Of a stretch of DNA of 64,000 nt, positions 12,730 to 26,655 are shown in pieces. The DNA is from Leucoraja ocellata. Its lineage: Eukaryota. Where the stretch lies: NCBI GenBank assembly GCA_036785375.1, contig JAWMAR010000269.1, positions 744,001-808,000 of the forward strand. Direction: 5' to 3'. The notes below the pieces were generated by a model. The model made no database searches and was not told where the DNA came from. It saw only the letters and a list, made by a program, of their open reading frames with translations. The position numbers and the translations under genes are program-made. The number at the start of each line of letters is the position of its first letter. Within the stretch, counting starts at the first letter, position 1.

Positions 12730-13225
12730 CTATATTCTTCTGAAAGAGTGCAGTCAAGATTTAAGAGGATGCTACCAGGACTTGAGCTATCGGGAGAGAT
12801 AAGGCAAGCTATGGAAGAGATTGGGCAAGCTAGGACTTGATTCCTTGGAGCATGGGAGGCTAAGGGATGATCTTATTGAGATGTACAAACTCTTGAAGGG
12901 AATAAATAGGGTGATTGCACAGTCTTTTACTCAGGGTAGGTTAATCAAGAACATGAGAACACCAAGGTTTAAGATAAGAGGGGAACGTTTTAATAGGAAC
13001 CTGAGGTGCAATTTTTTCACTCATAGGATGGTTTATGAAATGAGCTGTCGAAGGAGGTAGATGAGGCAGGTAGAAAAATAGCATTTAAAAGACACTTGAC
13101 AGGTACATGGATAGGAAAGATTAGAGGGATGTGGGCCAAATGTGGGTAAATGGGTATAGCTTAGAGGGGGCATCTTGATTGTTATGGTTGAGTTGGACTA
13201 ATGGGCCCTATTTTCAGTGTTACAT
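12730..13225 (+). mobile_element. CR1 LINE 3' fragment
   Basis: LGLDSLEHGRLRDDLIEMYK...RFKIRGERFNRNLRCNFFTHR plus 3' UTR. Confidence 0.8.
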
Positions 13226-13348
13226 TCATTTGCCCCAACTTGACTGAGATTTGCAATTTAGTCTTAGATAAGTGGGTATCAAGTTTGTACTAAATTGCAG
13301 TGCGACATATCAATGCTCAGCATATGGTATAGCTGGACATGGAAGTTT

Positions 13349-14232
13349 TGAATGAATTAATAAGTTTATTGGCCAAGTATTCACATACAAGGAATTTGCC
13401 TTGGTGCTCTGCCCACATGTGACAACGACACACAGTGACAGTTAGGAATGACACATAAAACATTAAACATTAATAATAAGATATTATTGATTAAACATGT
13501 GAATTAAGTAAAATACCAGAGCAAAAGGAGGCTACAGAACTTTGGTTATTGAGTAGAGCCACTACTCGTGGAAAAAATAAGCTGTTTTTATGTCTGGCTG
13601 TGGCAGCTTTGACAGTCCGGAGTCACCTTCCAGAGGGAAGTGATTCAAAGAGTTTGTGGCCAGGGTGAGAGGGGTCAGACATGACCGCTCGCTTAATGGC
13701 CCTTGTAATGTAAAGTGCATCAATAGAGGGCAGGGTGCAGCCAATAACCTTCTCAGCTGATCGGACGATTAGCTGCAGCCTCCGGATGTCGGGCTTGGTG
13801 GCTGAGCCAAACCAGACCATGATGGAGAGGGTGAGGACAGACTCTACGATGGCCGTGTAGAATTGGACCATCATTGCCTGTGGCAGATTGTGATTCCTCA
13901 GCTGCCGCAGGAAGTGCATCCTCTGTTGTGCCTTTGGTAGCCTCTCATTTAAGGTCCTTGGGGATGATGGTTCCTAGGAACTTAAAAGACTCAACAGATG
14001 TGGCAGTGGTGGTGTTGATGGTGAGTGGGGTGAGGGGAGGGGGAGCTCTCCTAAAGTCCACTATCAATTCCACTGTCTTAAGAGCATTGAGCTACAGGTT
14101 GTTGCGATGGCACCAGGCCGCCAGCTGTGTCACTTCCTGTCTGTAGGCAGATTCTTCCCCATCCTGGATCTGTCCAATCAGGCTTGTGTTTTCTGCAAAT
14201 TTGGGAAGCTTGACAGAGGAGTCAGTGGAGTA
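13349..14232 (-). mobile_element. Rex1/Babar LINE 3' fragment
   Basis: KLPKFAENT (RT), HFLRQLR...FYTAIVESVLT...DPSHPGHKLFESLPSG; AATAAA and (ATTC)n tail. Confidence 0.85.
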
Positions 14233-15247
14233 TAAAAGAGATTGCATATAACATCAATAAAATTAAATCGGGCTAAAACATATGTTAATTACTGATACTT
14301 AATCAATGGTCTAATCATTGCAGTTCCCAGGTGAATAGTTCCTTGTGTTCATTTTTAGGAAAAAGTTGTAAGGGTAACATAATGATCATGTTTCTGTTTT
14401 TAACACAATTAGTTAAGTCGGAAGAGCTAGTCGCTTCTGCTTCAGAAGCAAATTCTTTGGACCTCTGTTTTATACTTTAATATTTAACTTACAATATTAA
14501 GTAACATTTGGATGGCCTTACATCACTTACAGGCATAACAGATTACCATGTGATTGCTTTGCTGCAGATGTGCTCCATCTGCTACCCAGCTCTGCTCGAA
14601 TCAGCAATAGGACTGGCCAAAGTTGGAAATTGTACAAAAGTAGTGCAGTTGTAAATGTGTACAAGTCATTGAAATTCTAGTCAGAGCAGAGACATACAGG
14701 GTTATTTCAGATTAATTACAGACAGCACCTGGGTCTCATATACTGGCCAATTTCACACCATGCTACATGCACAGCACAAATTGTACATGATTCATTAAGA
14801 ATAGGAGAACTCTGACAAAATTAGTTATGTTATTGACAATGACACAATTTGGTATGCACTTGTCAATTTTTACTTACAGTTCTTTTCTGCTTTCTTACAT
14901 CCATTTTGTAACCTATCCTTCACAAATAAATAATATTTAAATTACAGAGACAGATTAATTAATAATAACTATTATCTTTACTGTGTGTAAGAAATTTGCT
15001 CCATCCAGTGGCATATATCTGTGTTATGAAGTTCACTCAGGATGGTTACCTTGGATCTTTTTTTTTGCCATCCATTTCCCAGCCATGGATTGTTATTTCT
15101 GATTCTAAGTTCATCTGTCAACTTTTCTTTACTTCTCTTCCAATATAAAAGGATTGATTCGCTGACCAAAACTTGACCTCATGAACCACAATAGCCCTTG
15201 TAGGAAGGAGCTACAGATGCTGGCTTACACCGAAGATAGACATAAAT

Positions 15248-15262
15248 CATGGCCCGTCCGAA

Positions 15263-15293
<31 letters not shown>

Positions 15294-15886
15294 TGCGTTG
15301 GGTACGGTCGCACCCCCTTTTCACCCAGAATAAAAGCAAATCCCAAGAAAAGAAAAAAAAATTGGACCGCAATCCGTGAAATTCTGGTTCCGGCCCGTGG
15401 GATGATTTGAAAAAAAAATATTTGTGACCTGCGCAGTTGGAAAAAGCTGGTGACGCGGAAGCGACATAAAGTGACTCCGTCTCTCCGCACGTGCGCAGTG
15501 GGTGGGATTAGACACCGCCATTTTCAATACATCGCCTCGACGCCCCAGGCCTAGTTTGGATGAGTGGGACCGTGAAATATTGCGCTGCATTGCGGGAGGG
15601 GGAATCTGTCTGTTTGATTATCTGGGGTGTTAAACTACCCGCAAATGGTCCTATCCGACCCGTGGGACGATTTGGGAAAAAAAGTAGTGCCTGCTGCTCC
15701 GTGCCCAGGAGGGGGGGCGAGGGAAACTGCGGTATCTCTCAGCACGGTGTATCGCTTCCATCCGCGGCACCGGAGCCTCGCCGCCTGTCAACCTGGCGGC
15801 CATGGAGTCTGCCTTGATTTAAAATCCCGTTTCCTAACAAACAGTGTGCCAATCATTGGCCACTTATCAGAGAGGTATCAAAGGGC
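15248..15886. mobile_element. GC-rich insertion resembling a non-autonomous DNA transposon
   Basis: Splits a Penelope-derived repeat (GATAGACATAAAT| ... |ACACAAAATGCTGGAGTAAC). Starts CATGGCCCGTCCGAAGA+G29 and is CpG-rich. A matching right TIR is not convincing. Confidence 0.4.
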
Positions 15887-16404
15887 AAACACAAAATGCT
15901 GGAGTAACTCAGTGGGTCAGGCAGCATCTCTGGAATGGGTGATGCTTCAGATCGAGACCCTTCTTCAGACAGTCAGACCGGAAACGTCACCTATCCTTTC
16001 TTCATCTAGCCAAGATAACTTACCTCCAGATGAACACAATGCAAATTATTCCTTCAAGACATCGTGTATTTCTTTGCCTCCACAGATGCTACCTGGCTTA
16101 TCGAGTTCCAACAGCAGTTTGTTTTTTACATCAGATTCAAAAATCTGTAGGCGCTAGTGCCTTCATGAACCCATTACAAATTAGCAATAGAATCTTCCTA
16201 TTGTATATGCTTTGCTCCTCCCAGATTAACTTACTCAGAGCTCAATGTAGATGTAGCTGTGGAGTTCAAAACTATACAGATGTCCAAAATACATAAGCTG
16301 GGTTATTTCTAAATGGCATTATTCAATACACTGAACCAAATCCTTCAACTCCTTTCTGTGATATTAAATATCCTTTAAGCTCTACTGATATCATGGTTTT
16401 TACT

Positions 16405-17222
16405 ATGAGTGCAGAGAAGGTTTACAAGGATGCTGCCATGACTTGAGGGCCAGAGCTGTAAGGGAGAGGTTGGGCAGGCAAGGACTGTCTTCCTTGGAGC
16501 CTAGGAGGCGCAGTCGTCTTTCTTACAGTTTGGCTTTCTTCCCAACCAATTGTTCAAGCGCTTTTGATTGCAACATGCGCCTTAATTTAGTTCAACAAAG
16601 AAACTGACAAGTTACTAGGAGGGGCGATCTTATAGATGTGTATAAAAATCATGAAAGGAATAAATAGGAAATATTTACGGTCTTTAACCCAGAAAAGTGG
16701 AATAAAGAATCAAAGGACATATGTTTAAGAGGAGAAATATGTACTAGGAATCTATGCGGCTACTTTCTCACATAGAAGGTGGTGGATATATGGAATGAGC
16801 TTCCAGAGAAGATCGTTGAGGCAGATTTAAACTACATCTAAGGACCTGTCCCACTTGGGTGTCATTTGCATGTCACGCAGGTGGCTCGCGATGATTTTAT
16901 GAATCCCAAAATCCTGGGGCGTCGCGTACGACTGCGCGTCATTGCCTATGCCACCACGACTCACCATGCACCATGCACGCGTAATGCACACAATGCGTGC
17001 ATCGTGCATCGTGACGCGTAAATGATGTCATGTAAATGATGCGCATATGTCGCCCAAGTGGGACAGGCCCTTTAAAATACATTTGGACAGATACATGGAT
17101 AAGAAAGGTTTAAAGGGATAAGAGCCAAACATGGGTAGGTGGGACTAGTGTAGATGGGGCACTTTAATCGGCATTGGCAAGTTGGGCTGAAGAGCCTGTT
17201 TCCTTGCAGTGTGACTCTATGT
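16405..17222 (+). mobile_element. CR1 3' fragment interrupted by a MITE
   Basis: Decayed RVQRRFTRML..., GDLIDVYK, WNELPE coding and the 3' tail GCCTGTTTCC...GACTCTATG. Confidence 0.75.
16841..17071. mobile_element. PIF/Harbinger-type MITE (231 bp)
   Basis: TIRs AGGACCTGTCCCACTTGGGTGTC / GTCGCCCAAGTGGGACAGGCCCT; 3-bp flanks CTA/TTA are consistent with a TWA TSD inside the CR1. Confidence 0.8.
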
Positions 17223-20200
17223 CTACAAGAACTACTGTGACCATATGGTATTAAATTCTGATAGTTGATACATGGAATGTTGACGTATTGAGACATTTCT
17301 GTTGGACATTTTTAGACATTAGGTTTTTTGTGTTGTGTCTGAGTAGTCAAAATGGAACGATAATGTGTAAGACCGAACTCCAGATGCTGGTTTAAACTGA
17401 AGATAAACACAAAAGTAACAGCGGGACAGGCAGCATCTCTGGAGAGAAGGAATGGATGACGTTTCGGGTCGAGACCCTCCTTCAGACTGCAATATTTAGT
17501 TAGGAAATGTTTAACTTTATGGTTGCATTGAGCAATTTCGTAAAATTCATCAGCAATTAAAATTCTGCAGAAGAAAGGAAAACAGAATTCAAACGGTTTT
17601 ATCGTTGTGTAAAGTGTATTTTATCATTTTAATTAGATTATTTTGTGCATTCTGCATTTCCTATCACATTAATAATCAAATAGTTTCTGTTCATCCACAC
17701 CTTCACAAAGGCAATGTGATTGCTTGGTTTTAAAGTTTGTTCTGATTGTATTTTAAATTGTTTTGTTCCTAGTTAGGATGTGCAACATAGTGAATAGGTT
17801 TAATGGTATCTGACCAAGATATTTTTGCAGCCATGAGTGGTCAAAATCTGGAATGCATTGTCTGAGATGGTAAATATTCCCATAACATTTGGAAAGCATG
17901 CGTATGAACATTGAATCAGTAAGGTGTGGGAGTGTATAGACTAAGTGCTTGTAAATCAGATTAGCATAGATAGGTATGTCATGGTCAGTGTAGACATGGT
18001 GGGCTGAAGGGCCTGTTTCTGTGCTGTATGAGTCTATGAATTTATGATAATATCAGTAATCTCCGGATGCTGGGCAGTTTCCTTTCAAATGGTCAATCAA
18101 AGTACCGGTAGTCTTTGATTGAAAACCACTGGATTAATGAAGCATCCATCTTGCATTGGACTTTTGGGAAGCCATTAATGGTGTGACAGTGATAGACCTG
18201 ATGGGTCAGCAATTGCATTTTGAAATATCTAACAGTTCTGATTTCAAAAATAAAACATTTTGATATAGATATTATTCATCTGGCAACATAAACTCTTGGG
18301 AGTTTTGATGTTCATGCACAGCATTTAATCCAATATGTTTACAGAAATCAAATGTCTTATTCCAAAGCAACTCTCCAGGGCTAACACAATTAATACTCCA
18401 AGGTCAGTAAATTTAAATAATTCCACATGATGCATGTCTGAATTTCAATGCACAAAATTCATGGCCATTGGAAAAATAAATAGTTTGTATCCAATGCTTC
18501 TGGAAGTGTTCGTGGTGTGGTTTCTTATTTTCTTACTGGCAGTAAGAGATGTTGACATTTTTGAAAACAATTTTTTTAGTGCCATTTCAAGTATTTAGTT
18601 ACAAATACAGAGGTGCAATCATGCAGCATGAGCTGTTATGTACTGCTGCCCAAAATCAATTGTGTATCATAATCAGTTGCTTGTTATAGCAAAGCTTGTA
18701 CATCATGAAAGGTTCAACTGCACATTTCTATACACTTCAATTACACACACCTGAGGCATGCAGAGGTGACACATCATGCAATGCCAAATCAGTGTCTTTC
18801 CTGCTAAATTGGTTCACATTTATGGAGTTAACATAACAGGGGGATGACAGGTTAAGTGGCTACTATAAAGTAGAGGTTAATGGCAAAACTAACCAGAGTG
18901 GTTGATGCACATATTTGAGAGAGAATAAAGGTCGCAGTGGTAAAGGGAAAATTGGTATAGGGAAAGTGATAACGGTAAAGTTCGAGACCTATCCATGTTC
19001 TCCAGAGCTGCTGTCTGACCTACTGAATTGCTCCAGCACTTGGTGTTCTCTTGTGCATTAAACAGCATCTATGGTTCTCTATTTTTTTATAGAAGGAAAG
19101 ATGGACTAGGACTAATAGGATTGTTCTCTTAAAAGCCAGTATGGACTTGATGGGCCAAATGGTCTTCTTTTATGTTCTTGAACCTGTAAAAGGCTAATCA
19201 AGTACTTGTTTCTTTGTTGGGAAGCATGTTTACCCTGCGGCCCTGCCAGACTTTCATAATAACCTGAAGAAAGAGAAAAAGGAGTAAAAGCAATCTAAAG
19301 AAGGGTCCTGACCCAAAACGTCACATCCTTTTTCTAGAGATGCTGCTGACCCATTGAGTTACTCCAGCACTTTGTGTCTATCTCAAGTAAAAGCAAGTTG
19401 TCATTTATAGAAAGGAACAGGAGAACCCTGGTCAGAATGAGCTGTCCTAAGAGGATCTGGCCTCAGATGCATTATTTCGATTTACCGTCTGATAATGTTT
19501 CTGCCCACTGTTTTATCAACTCAGGACATTGAGGCGTCTGGAGTAACTCAGCGGGACAGGCAGCATCTCTGGAGGGAAGGAATGGGTGTCATTGTGGGTC
19601 GAGGCCCTTCTTCAGACTGATGTCAGGGGAGTGGGCGGTACAGAGATAAATTGTAGTCGGAGACAGTAAGAAAGTATAATTCATAAAGTATCATTCATTC
19701 ATTCATTCATTCTTCCTGTGTGAATCATTGGAAGGTGAAAGGAATGGGGAAAGGAAAGTTAGCATGCTTAAACTATTTAGAGTAAATAACACGGAAAGGA
19801 TTGAAGGATTCAAAGAGAAGTAGGTCCACAGAAAATAACATTGTGAGGGGTCCCAAGTCTGCCTCTAGTTATAGTGTCATAATTACCACCTATCAAGGAG
19901 ATGTTGTATGTAAGGTGCTATAACTAACCCTGTCTCATAACATTTTGCTTCTGTTGGCACTCTGTATATATAAGAAAAATATATTTTACCTCTGTGCCAT
20001 ATCTCTTGATTCCCTCAGCATCCAAAATGTACAAGTCACTTATTTGAACGATCAGTCACTGAGCCTCCACAACCTTCATGGGTAGTCAATTCTAACAAAC
20101 CACTCCCATCAAATTGAAGGAATTTCCTCTTATTTCACTCAATGGCATGAACTGGTTCTACCCATTCATAAGGCAAGTAACTAATGCAGGCCACACATTA

Positions 20201-21579
20201 GTTACTCGACATTAATATCAGGATAGTTAGCGTGCAGTTATAATTTTGTCCAGGGCATAACCTTCTTGATACTTCTTGGTTCATGTCTATTTTTAGACAC
20301 TATCCAATTTAGCCCTCTGCATTTCTCAATCCCTAATGAATTAGCATTTTGTTCCAGATGCAGTTGAACTCTCCAGCATTTGAAATTCTCCAGTTTATAG
20401 TAAGTACCATGTGGTGGGTTACCCAGCGAAAATTGTCACTCTTAACTCTGCAAGTGACTTTTCAATTTTGTATCCTATTACTTAAGCCAGTTTATACCTG
20501 ACTAAAAATGCTTCACTTACACTTAACACACTTTTTTTGCCATTGGTTTATCAAATTCTTATCAAAACTTCAAAAAATTATATTTGATGTGTATTCATAA
20601 TCTATATGGCAATGTCTGAACTTATTTAATTTTCAGTAGCGTCTTCTGAATTTCTACTCCAACTTGAATCTCCAGCGGGAATTGTTCCCTTTGATCCCAC
20701 TAAAGTCATTAGGTTTATTTCGACTATAATAGGGTCCAACAATTCTTCTCACAATAAATGTCAATTTAACACGTCTATAAAATTTCACTGGGTAATGATT
20801 CCAATCATTTTTAAAGACTGCAGCAACTTTACAATCTTCTGCCACCATTTCTATGTCCAGAGAGTTGCTGGGCATTTTATTCTATAGATCTGCTTTCCTG
20901 AAGGCTGGGATATGTACACTAGTATGGTCTTGGAATGGAACAGTAGGTCAATCAGGCTGTTGTGCTAGTTTACAGATAGTACTGGCTCTCCAGAATCAAA
21001 TAGTCATGCTGCATAGCTCAGCCTAAGCAGTAAGGTTGATAAGTTCATCAGTCCAGAAGTTAAAGGAACAGAATTAGAACATTCAACACATCGTCTACTC
21101 CAATGGCTGACCTATCTTTCCCTCTCAACCCCATTCTTTTGCCTTCCCTCACTAACGTCTGACACCTAATCAGATAGTCATGAATCTCCATATGTTCCAA
21201 TCACTGATAATCAAAGATTGTGTGATCATGTTGAATGTCATCCTTTATGTTGCATTAGCCATTCAGGATGCAGATAAGACAAGGCATCATCACCTAGAGA
21301 GTCATTGAATTCTTTATCCAAGAATGCTATGGAAGCTCAATCAGTTAGCATATTCAAGGCAGATGAATAAATTATTGTATAGTAAGAGAATCAAGGGATA
21401 TTGGGTTGGGTATAATAAGATGATGCGGAGGTAGACCAGCCATAATATGAGAGAATGACTGAGCAGGTGCAAAGACAGAATAGCCACTGACTGCTTTTAT
21501 TTCTAATGTTATTATGTTTCTGATTGCCAAATGCTACCCCTGCCTATCTCCTGATAAAACCATTATCTATGCCTTTCAG

Positions 21580-21870
21580 CTATAAAGAGAGGTTGGACAA
21601 ACTTGGATTGTTTTCATCAGAGGTTGATGTGAGACCTGATGGAAGTGCATTAAAATTCTGCGAGGTATAGAAAGGTTGGACAGTCAGAACTTTCTTCCAG
21701 GGTGGAAATGCGAATTATTAGAGGGTGCTCCTTTAAAGTTAGAGGGTGATAGTTTAAAGAAATTGTGTGTGGCAAATTTTGTTTTACACCGAGAGTGGTA
21801 GCTGCCTAGAACATATTACCGGGGTGGCAGTGGAAGCCGATACGATAGAGGCATTTAAGAGGCTTTTGGC
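21580..21870 (+). mobile_element. Old CR1 3' fragment
   Basis: SYKERLDKLGLFS, DL.EV.KI.RG, FKVRG..FK and TIEAFKRLL remnants. Confidence 0.65.
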
Positions 21871-22506
21871 CCGGCACAAATGGACCAGATTCTGCTGTTC
21901 CTGCTACATTTACAGTTCCTTCGACACTGTTAAATTTCGCATGTGTAGGAAGGAACTGCTGATGCTGGTATACACTGACACAAAATGCTGGAGTAATTCT
22001 GAGGGGTAGGTAGCATCTCTGGACATAAGGAATTGGTGACATTTTTAGCATCATGTTCAACACAGATATCACGGAGCAAAGGGACTTTTCCTGTGCTGTA
22101 CTGCTCTATGTCATATATTCTATGTTACATCCAGCCAGGACTACTCCAATTGAATGTTGGGCATTACCCTTCTGTAATGTAGGGGATAAACAGACTGTGC
22201 CAGCTAAAACGGAGTTGCCAGGTAAATTAGCAGCACTACATTTCAAACCCTGCTTAGAAAAACATGTAAATGTTTTTGAAGAATAATTGGGCTCATTCAA
22301 AGGGGCCAGTATATCATGTGAGGTCACTAAGATAAACTTTTCTTTCCCAGAGACATCCAAGGCTGGCTTGGTCTCTGACAGGACACATAACTCACGCCAT
22401 TATGGTACCAAGGAAGGTAGCTAGTTTGACACCTAATCACCTGTTGGTCTTAGAGATATCATTATTATATAAATACATGCTTCTACCATGAGAGCATGAT
22501 ATTTGT

Positions 22507-23413
22507 ACTTCCGGTGGCACTGGTGCCAGCAGCCTCCACCTACAGCCCGGTATCTTTTTGTTTTTTTGTTTATTTAGTTATGTAAAAGTGTGTTTTTTTG
22601 TGTTTTTTTTGTGTTTTTATATGGGGGAAGAGGGCACGGTGCGGGGGATACCGTCCTTCAGCCGCTTCCTGGTGAGGACGCGACTATTATTCGAGTCGTG
22701 TCTTCCCCTCCCCCCACAGCGGCCTACCTACCTGGATTGGCGCGGCCTTTCCTGCCGGGATCGACCAGAGCTCCAGCAGCGGCGGGACAGCGCTGAAACA
22801 TCGTGGGGCTGGTGATGCCTTACCGGGGGTCGCCGTCTGGAGCGATGGTGCTGGACCTGCTGCACCAACATCATGGAGCTGCGGTTTGCGGAGCTCCCAA
22901 CGCGGGCGGCGCTGATGGACAGCGCGGGGTCCTGCGACTCTGCCCGGCTCGACCTGCGGACTCGGGAGCTGCGGACTCCGGCTGCGGGAGGCGGCTAATC
23001 AGGAGGTCCGGGCCGCTGAGGAGGAGGCTGCTCACCGTCGGGGTTCGGCGTCGGCGTTCCACCAGCCCGGCGTGAGGGCCTGAACATCGGGCCACCCGGG
23101 GCGGCGACTGCGGGTGCTCGGAAGGCCCCGTCCACGGATGAACACGGAGGGGAGGCTGGCTGGACTATGGTGCCTTCCTCACCTTGGTGCCATTTATGTT
23201 ATGTTGTGGACTTTCTGTGTTTGTGCTTTATTTAAATTGTAATTCAATTTCAATTTTATTTTTAATACGTTTTATTATTTATTTATTATTTATTTTTATT
23301 ATTTCTTTGTGATTTTTTTTATGATACTGCCTGTAAGGGAAATTCATTTCGTTGTCTCAAATTGAGACAATGACAATAAATTTGAATACAATACAATACA
23401 ATACAATACAATA
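22507..23413 (+). mobile_element. GC/CpG-rich non-autonomous retroposon with Rex1-type tail
   Basis: Begins ACTTCCGGTGGC, has a ~500-bp CpG-rich body, and ends AATTCATTTCGTTGTCTC...TGACAATAAA+(AATAC)n. Its 3' part resembles 9929-10511. Confidence 0.6.
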
Positions 23414-23544
23414 TTCATCTTTTGGGAGAGAAAAGAGCTTCACTAAAATGAGAGAGAGAAAGCAAGTGAGCTTAGTAATAGCAGACAGGAGAATACGCAC
23501 AGGGGAGTGAGACCTGTTATTTTGTATTCTTGTTATTCTTCTCC

Positions 23545-25191
23545 TCAAAATCCACAAACGGCCCGATTTTACCTTCTCCCCAAAATCCACAAATGGCTTC
23601 ATCACTTCCAGCTCCCTGCCCTCCCTATCCTCCAACCTCATAGTTCCCCAGCCCTGCACGGCCCGATTTTACTTTCCCACCAAAATCCACAAACCTGACT
23701 GTCCTGGCAGATCCATTGTTTCTGCCTGTTCGTACCCCACCAAACCTAATTCCACATACCTCGACTCCATCCTATCCCCCCCTGGTTAAATCCCTCCCCT
23801 ACCTATGTTCAAGACACCTCACACGCTCTTCGTCTCCTCCATGACTTCCATTTTCTAGGCCCCCATTCCCACATCATCACCATGGATCCACCAGGAGGGT
23901 CTTAAAGCCCTCCGTTTCTTCCTCGACCACAGAACCAACCAATCCCCATCTATTTATACTCTCCTCTGCATAGCAGAGCTGGTCCTTACCCTTAACAACT
24001 TTTCGTTTGACTCCTCCCATTTCCTCCAAATCCAAGGCGCAGCTATGGGCATGCACATGGGCCCATGCTATGCCTGCCTCTTCGTAGGGTACGTCGACCA
24101 ATCTTAGTTCAAGGCGTACCATGGCCCAATCCCCGAACTCTACCTCTGTTACATCGATAACGACATTGGTGCTACCTCCTGCACCCACACTGAACTCACT
24201 GACTTCATCCATTTCATCATTAACTTCCATCCGGCACTCAAATACACCTGGACCATGTCCGACATCTCCCTACCATTTATAGACATCACTATCTCCATCG
24301 CAGGTGACAGACTACTAACCGACATCTACTATAAACGCACTGACTCCCATGCCTATCTGGATTACACTTCTTCCCACCCTGCTTCCTGTAAGGACTCCAT
24401 CCCCTACTCCCAGTTCCTCCGTCTACGTTGCATCTGCACCCAGGATGAGGTGTTTCAAACCAGGGCATTGGAGATGTCCTCATTCTTAGGGAACGGGGGT
24501 TCCCCTCTTCTACCATAGATGAGGCTCTCACCAGGGTCTCTCCTATACCCCGTAACTCTGCTCTCACTCCCCATCCTCCCACTCGTAACAAGGGCAGAGT
24601 CCCTCTTGTCCTCACCTTCCATCCTACCAGCCATCACATACAACAAATAACAAATAATCCTCCGACATTTTCGCCACCTCCAATGGGATCCCACCACTGG
24701 CCACATCTTCCCATCTCCTCCCGCTGATCTAGGTGTCAGCTGCTCGACATTGGTGTGACCAAGCGTAGGCTTGGCGATCACTTCGCCCAACATCTCCGCT
24801 CGGTTCGCAATAACCAACCTGATCTCCCGCTGGCTCAGCACTTTAACTCCCCCTCCCATTCGGATCTGACCTTTCTGTCCTGGGCCTCCTCCATGGCCAG
24901 AGGCCCACCGTAAATTGGATGAGCAGCACCTCATATTTTGCTTGGGTAGTTTACATCCCAGCGGTATGAACATTGACTTCTCCAATTTCATGTAGTCCTT
25001 GCTTTCTCCTTCTTTCCCCTCCCCTTCCCAGCTCTCCCATAGCCCACTGTCTCTGCCTCTTCCTTTCTTCTTCCCGTTCCCCCCACCCCCACATCAGTCT
25101 GAAAAAGGGTCTCCATCCGAAACGTCGCCTATTTCCTTCGCTCCATGGATGCTGCCTCACCCACTGAGTTTCTCCTGCATTTTTGTCTACC
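23545..25191 (+). mobile_element. Penelope-like retroelement (decayed RT + GIY-YIG endonuclease + pLTR)
   Basis: ARFYLLPKIHK, PGRSIVS, GAAMGMHMGPCYACLFVGY, LPFIDITI...TDIYYKRTDSHAYLDYTSSHP..CKDSIPYSQFLRLR, IG.TKRRLGDHFAQHL, AQHFNS; terminal repeat with a hammerhead-like motif at ~25099-25126. Multiple frameshifts and an internal deletion near 24722. Confidence 0.92.
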
Positions 25192-26655
25192 TGTTATTTT
25201 GTATTGTTACTTTATTGATATCTGATAGTTTTTTCCGTGTTTTGCTTGTATTTTGCTTTAATAAATAGTTATTTCTGCTCTTCAAAATGTGCTTTCTTCA
25301 TTCATTGATCCAAATCCTTGAATCCTGCATATATTTTGTTACACCTTTACACTGCGCTCCATACAATTTGCTATATAAAACTTTGCCGTCCAGGTGCTTA
25401 CTCAAAACCATCAGGCACAGGTATTTCTTGGCAATTGGAAGTATTATATGCATCGAGGTATCCCCAGAGTGAGAGAAATTTTTATGGAGCTTCTTCAGAA
25501 CTACTTCTTCAATCATTTTAAACGAGGAGCTCGGAGGTGATCTTCAGAAGCCAAACAACTAAAAATGACAGAAATCTGAAATAAAAACAGAAAATTGATG
25601 AATTAATCTAAGACATTTACTCTCTTTCTCCGTGTGATCTACTGCAAACCTCCAGAAATTTCTATTTACTTTATACAATGAAGAAATTAGACTACAAACA
25701 TCAGGGAGAGATTATTTCTGAAAAATCACACTGTCAGCAAAAATCTGCAGGCTCTATTGACCATTCAGATTCAGAGGTTTGTCCAAAGGTCACCACCAAA
25801 TATTATGTTGCATTATGCGTGGGAAAGAACTGCAGGTGCTGGTTTAAATCGACGATAGACACAAAATGTTGGAGTAACTCAGCTGGACAGGCAGCAGCTC
25901 TGGAGAGAAGGGTGATGTTTCGGATCAAGACCCTTCTTCGGACAGATGTCAGGGGAATGGGCTGTACAGAAATAAAATGTAGTTAGAGACAGTAAGACTG
26001 TCAGAGAACTGGGAGGTGGGGGTGGGGGGTGGGGGGGGGGGGGGTTGCATTAAATCTTTCACAGCTACCAATAAACTTCCCCAATCACATTTTCAAATAC
26101 CAGTCCCATTGCTATTCCAGCATCTATCAATTCTACCTATTACCAATCCACAGGAGATTACCCTTGCCTTAACTTTCTTTCAATTTGTCCCAATCCTCAA
26201 ATCTCTCAAGCATGCAAATCTCTCTCTCTCTCTCTCTCTGAGGACTTCCCCAGAGAATGATCAAGATAACCAAATTTCTTGAGATGCCTGCCATTATGTA
26301 AAGGCTGTTCCATACCATGTATTGCGCCTTGTGTTTACTAAAATTTACACTATTTTGCCCAAAAACAGACTATTCTTTAACCCACCTCAAACTATCGTAC
26401 TCTTGATCCACTAAAATGTGCTGACCAAATTCTAGGCAAGGCTTTCTAATCCTTCTTTATCTATAAAACTAAATGTCTCATCTTGACCACTTCCTGTCTG
26501 CGCTGTATATTAATTTTAGAAAGAAAATGCTACCCTATATCACTATGATTTTTGGCCATCTTACTCACAGTCCTCCTCCGCTGAAGCTGCCCTGAAGATT
26601 TTCCAATTGATGAAAAATAAAAAAGTTATGAGTGTTTAAAAAATCTTGAGATCAG

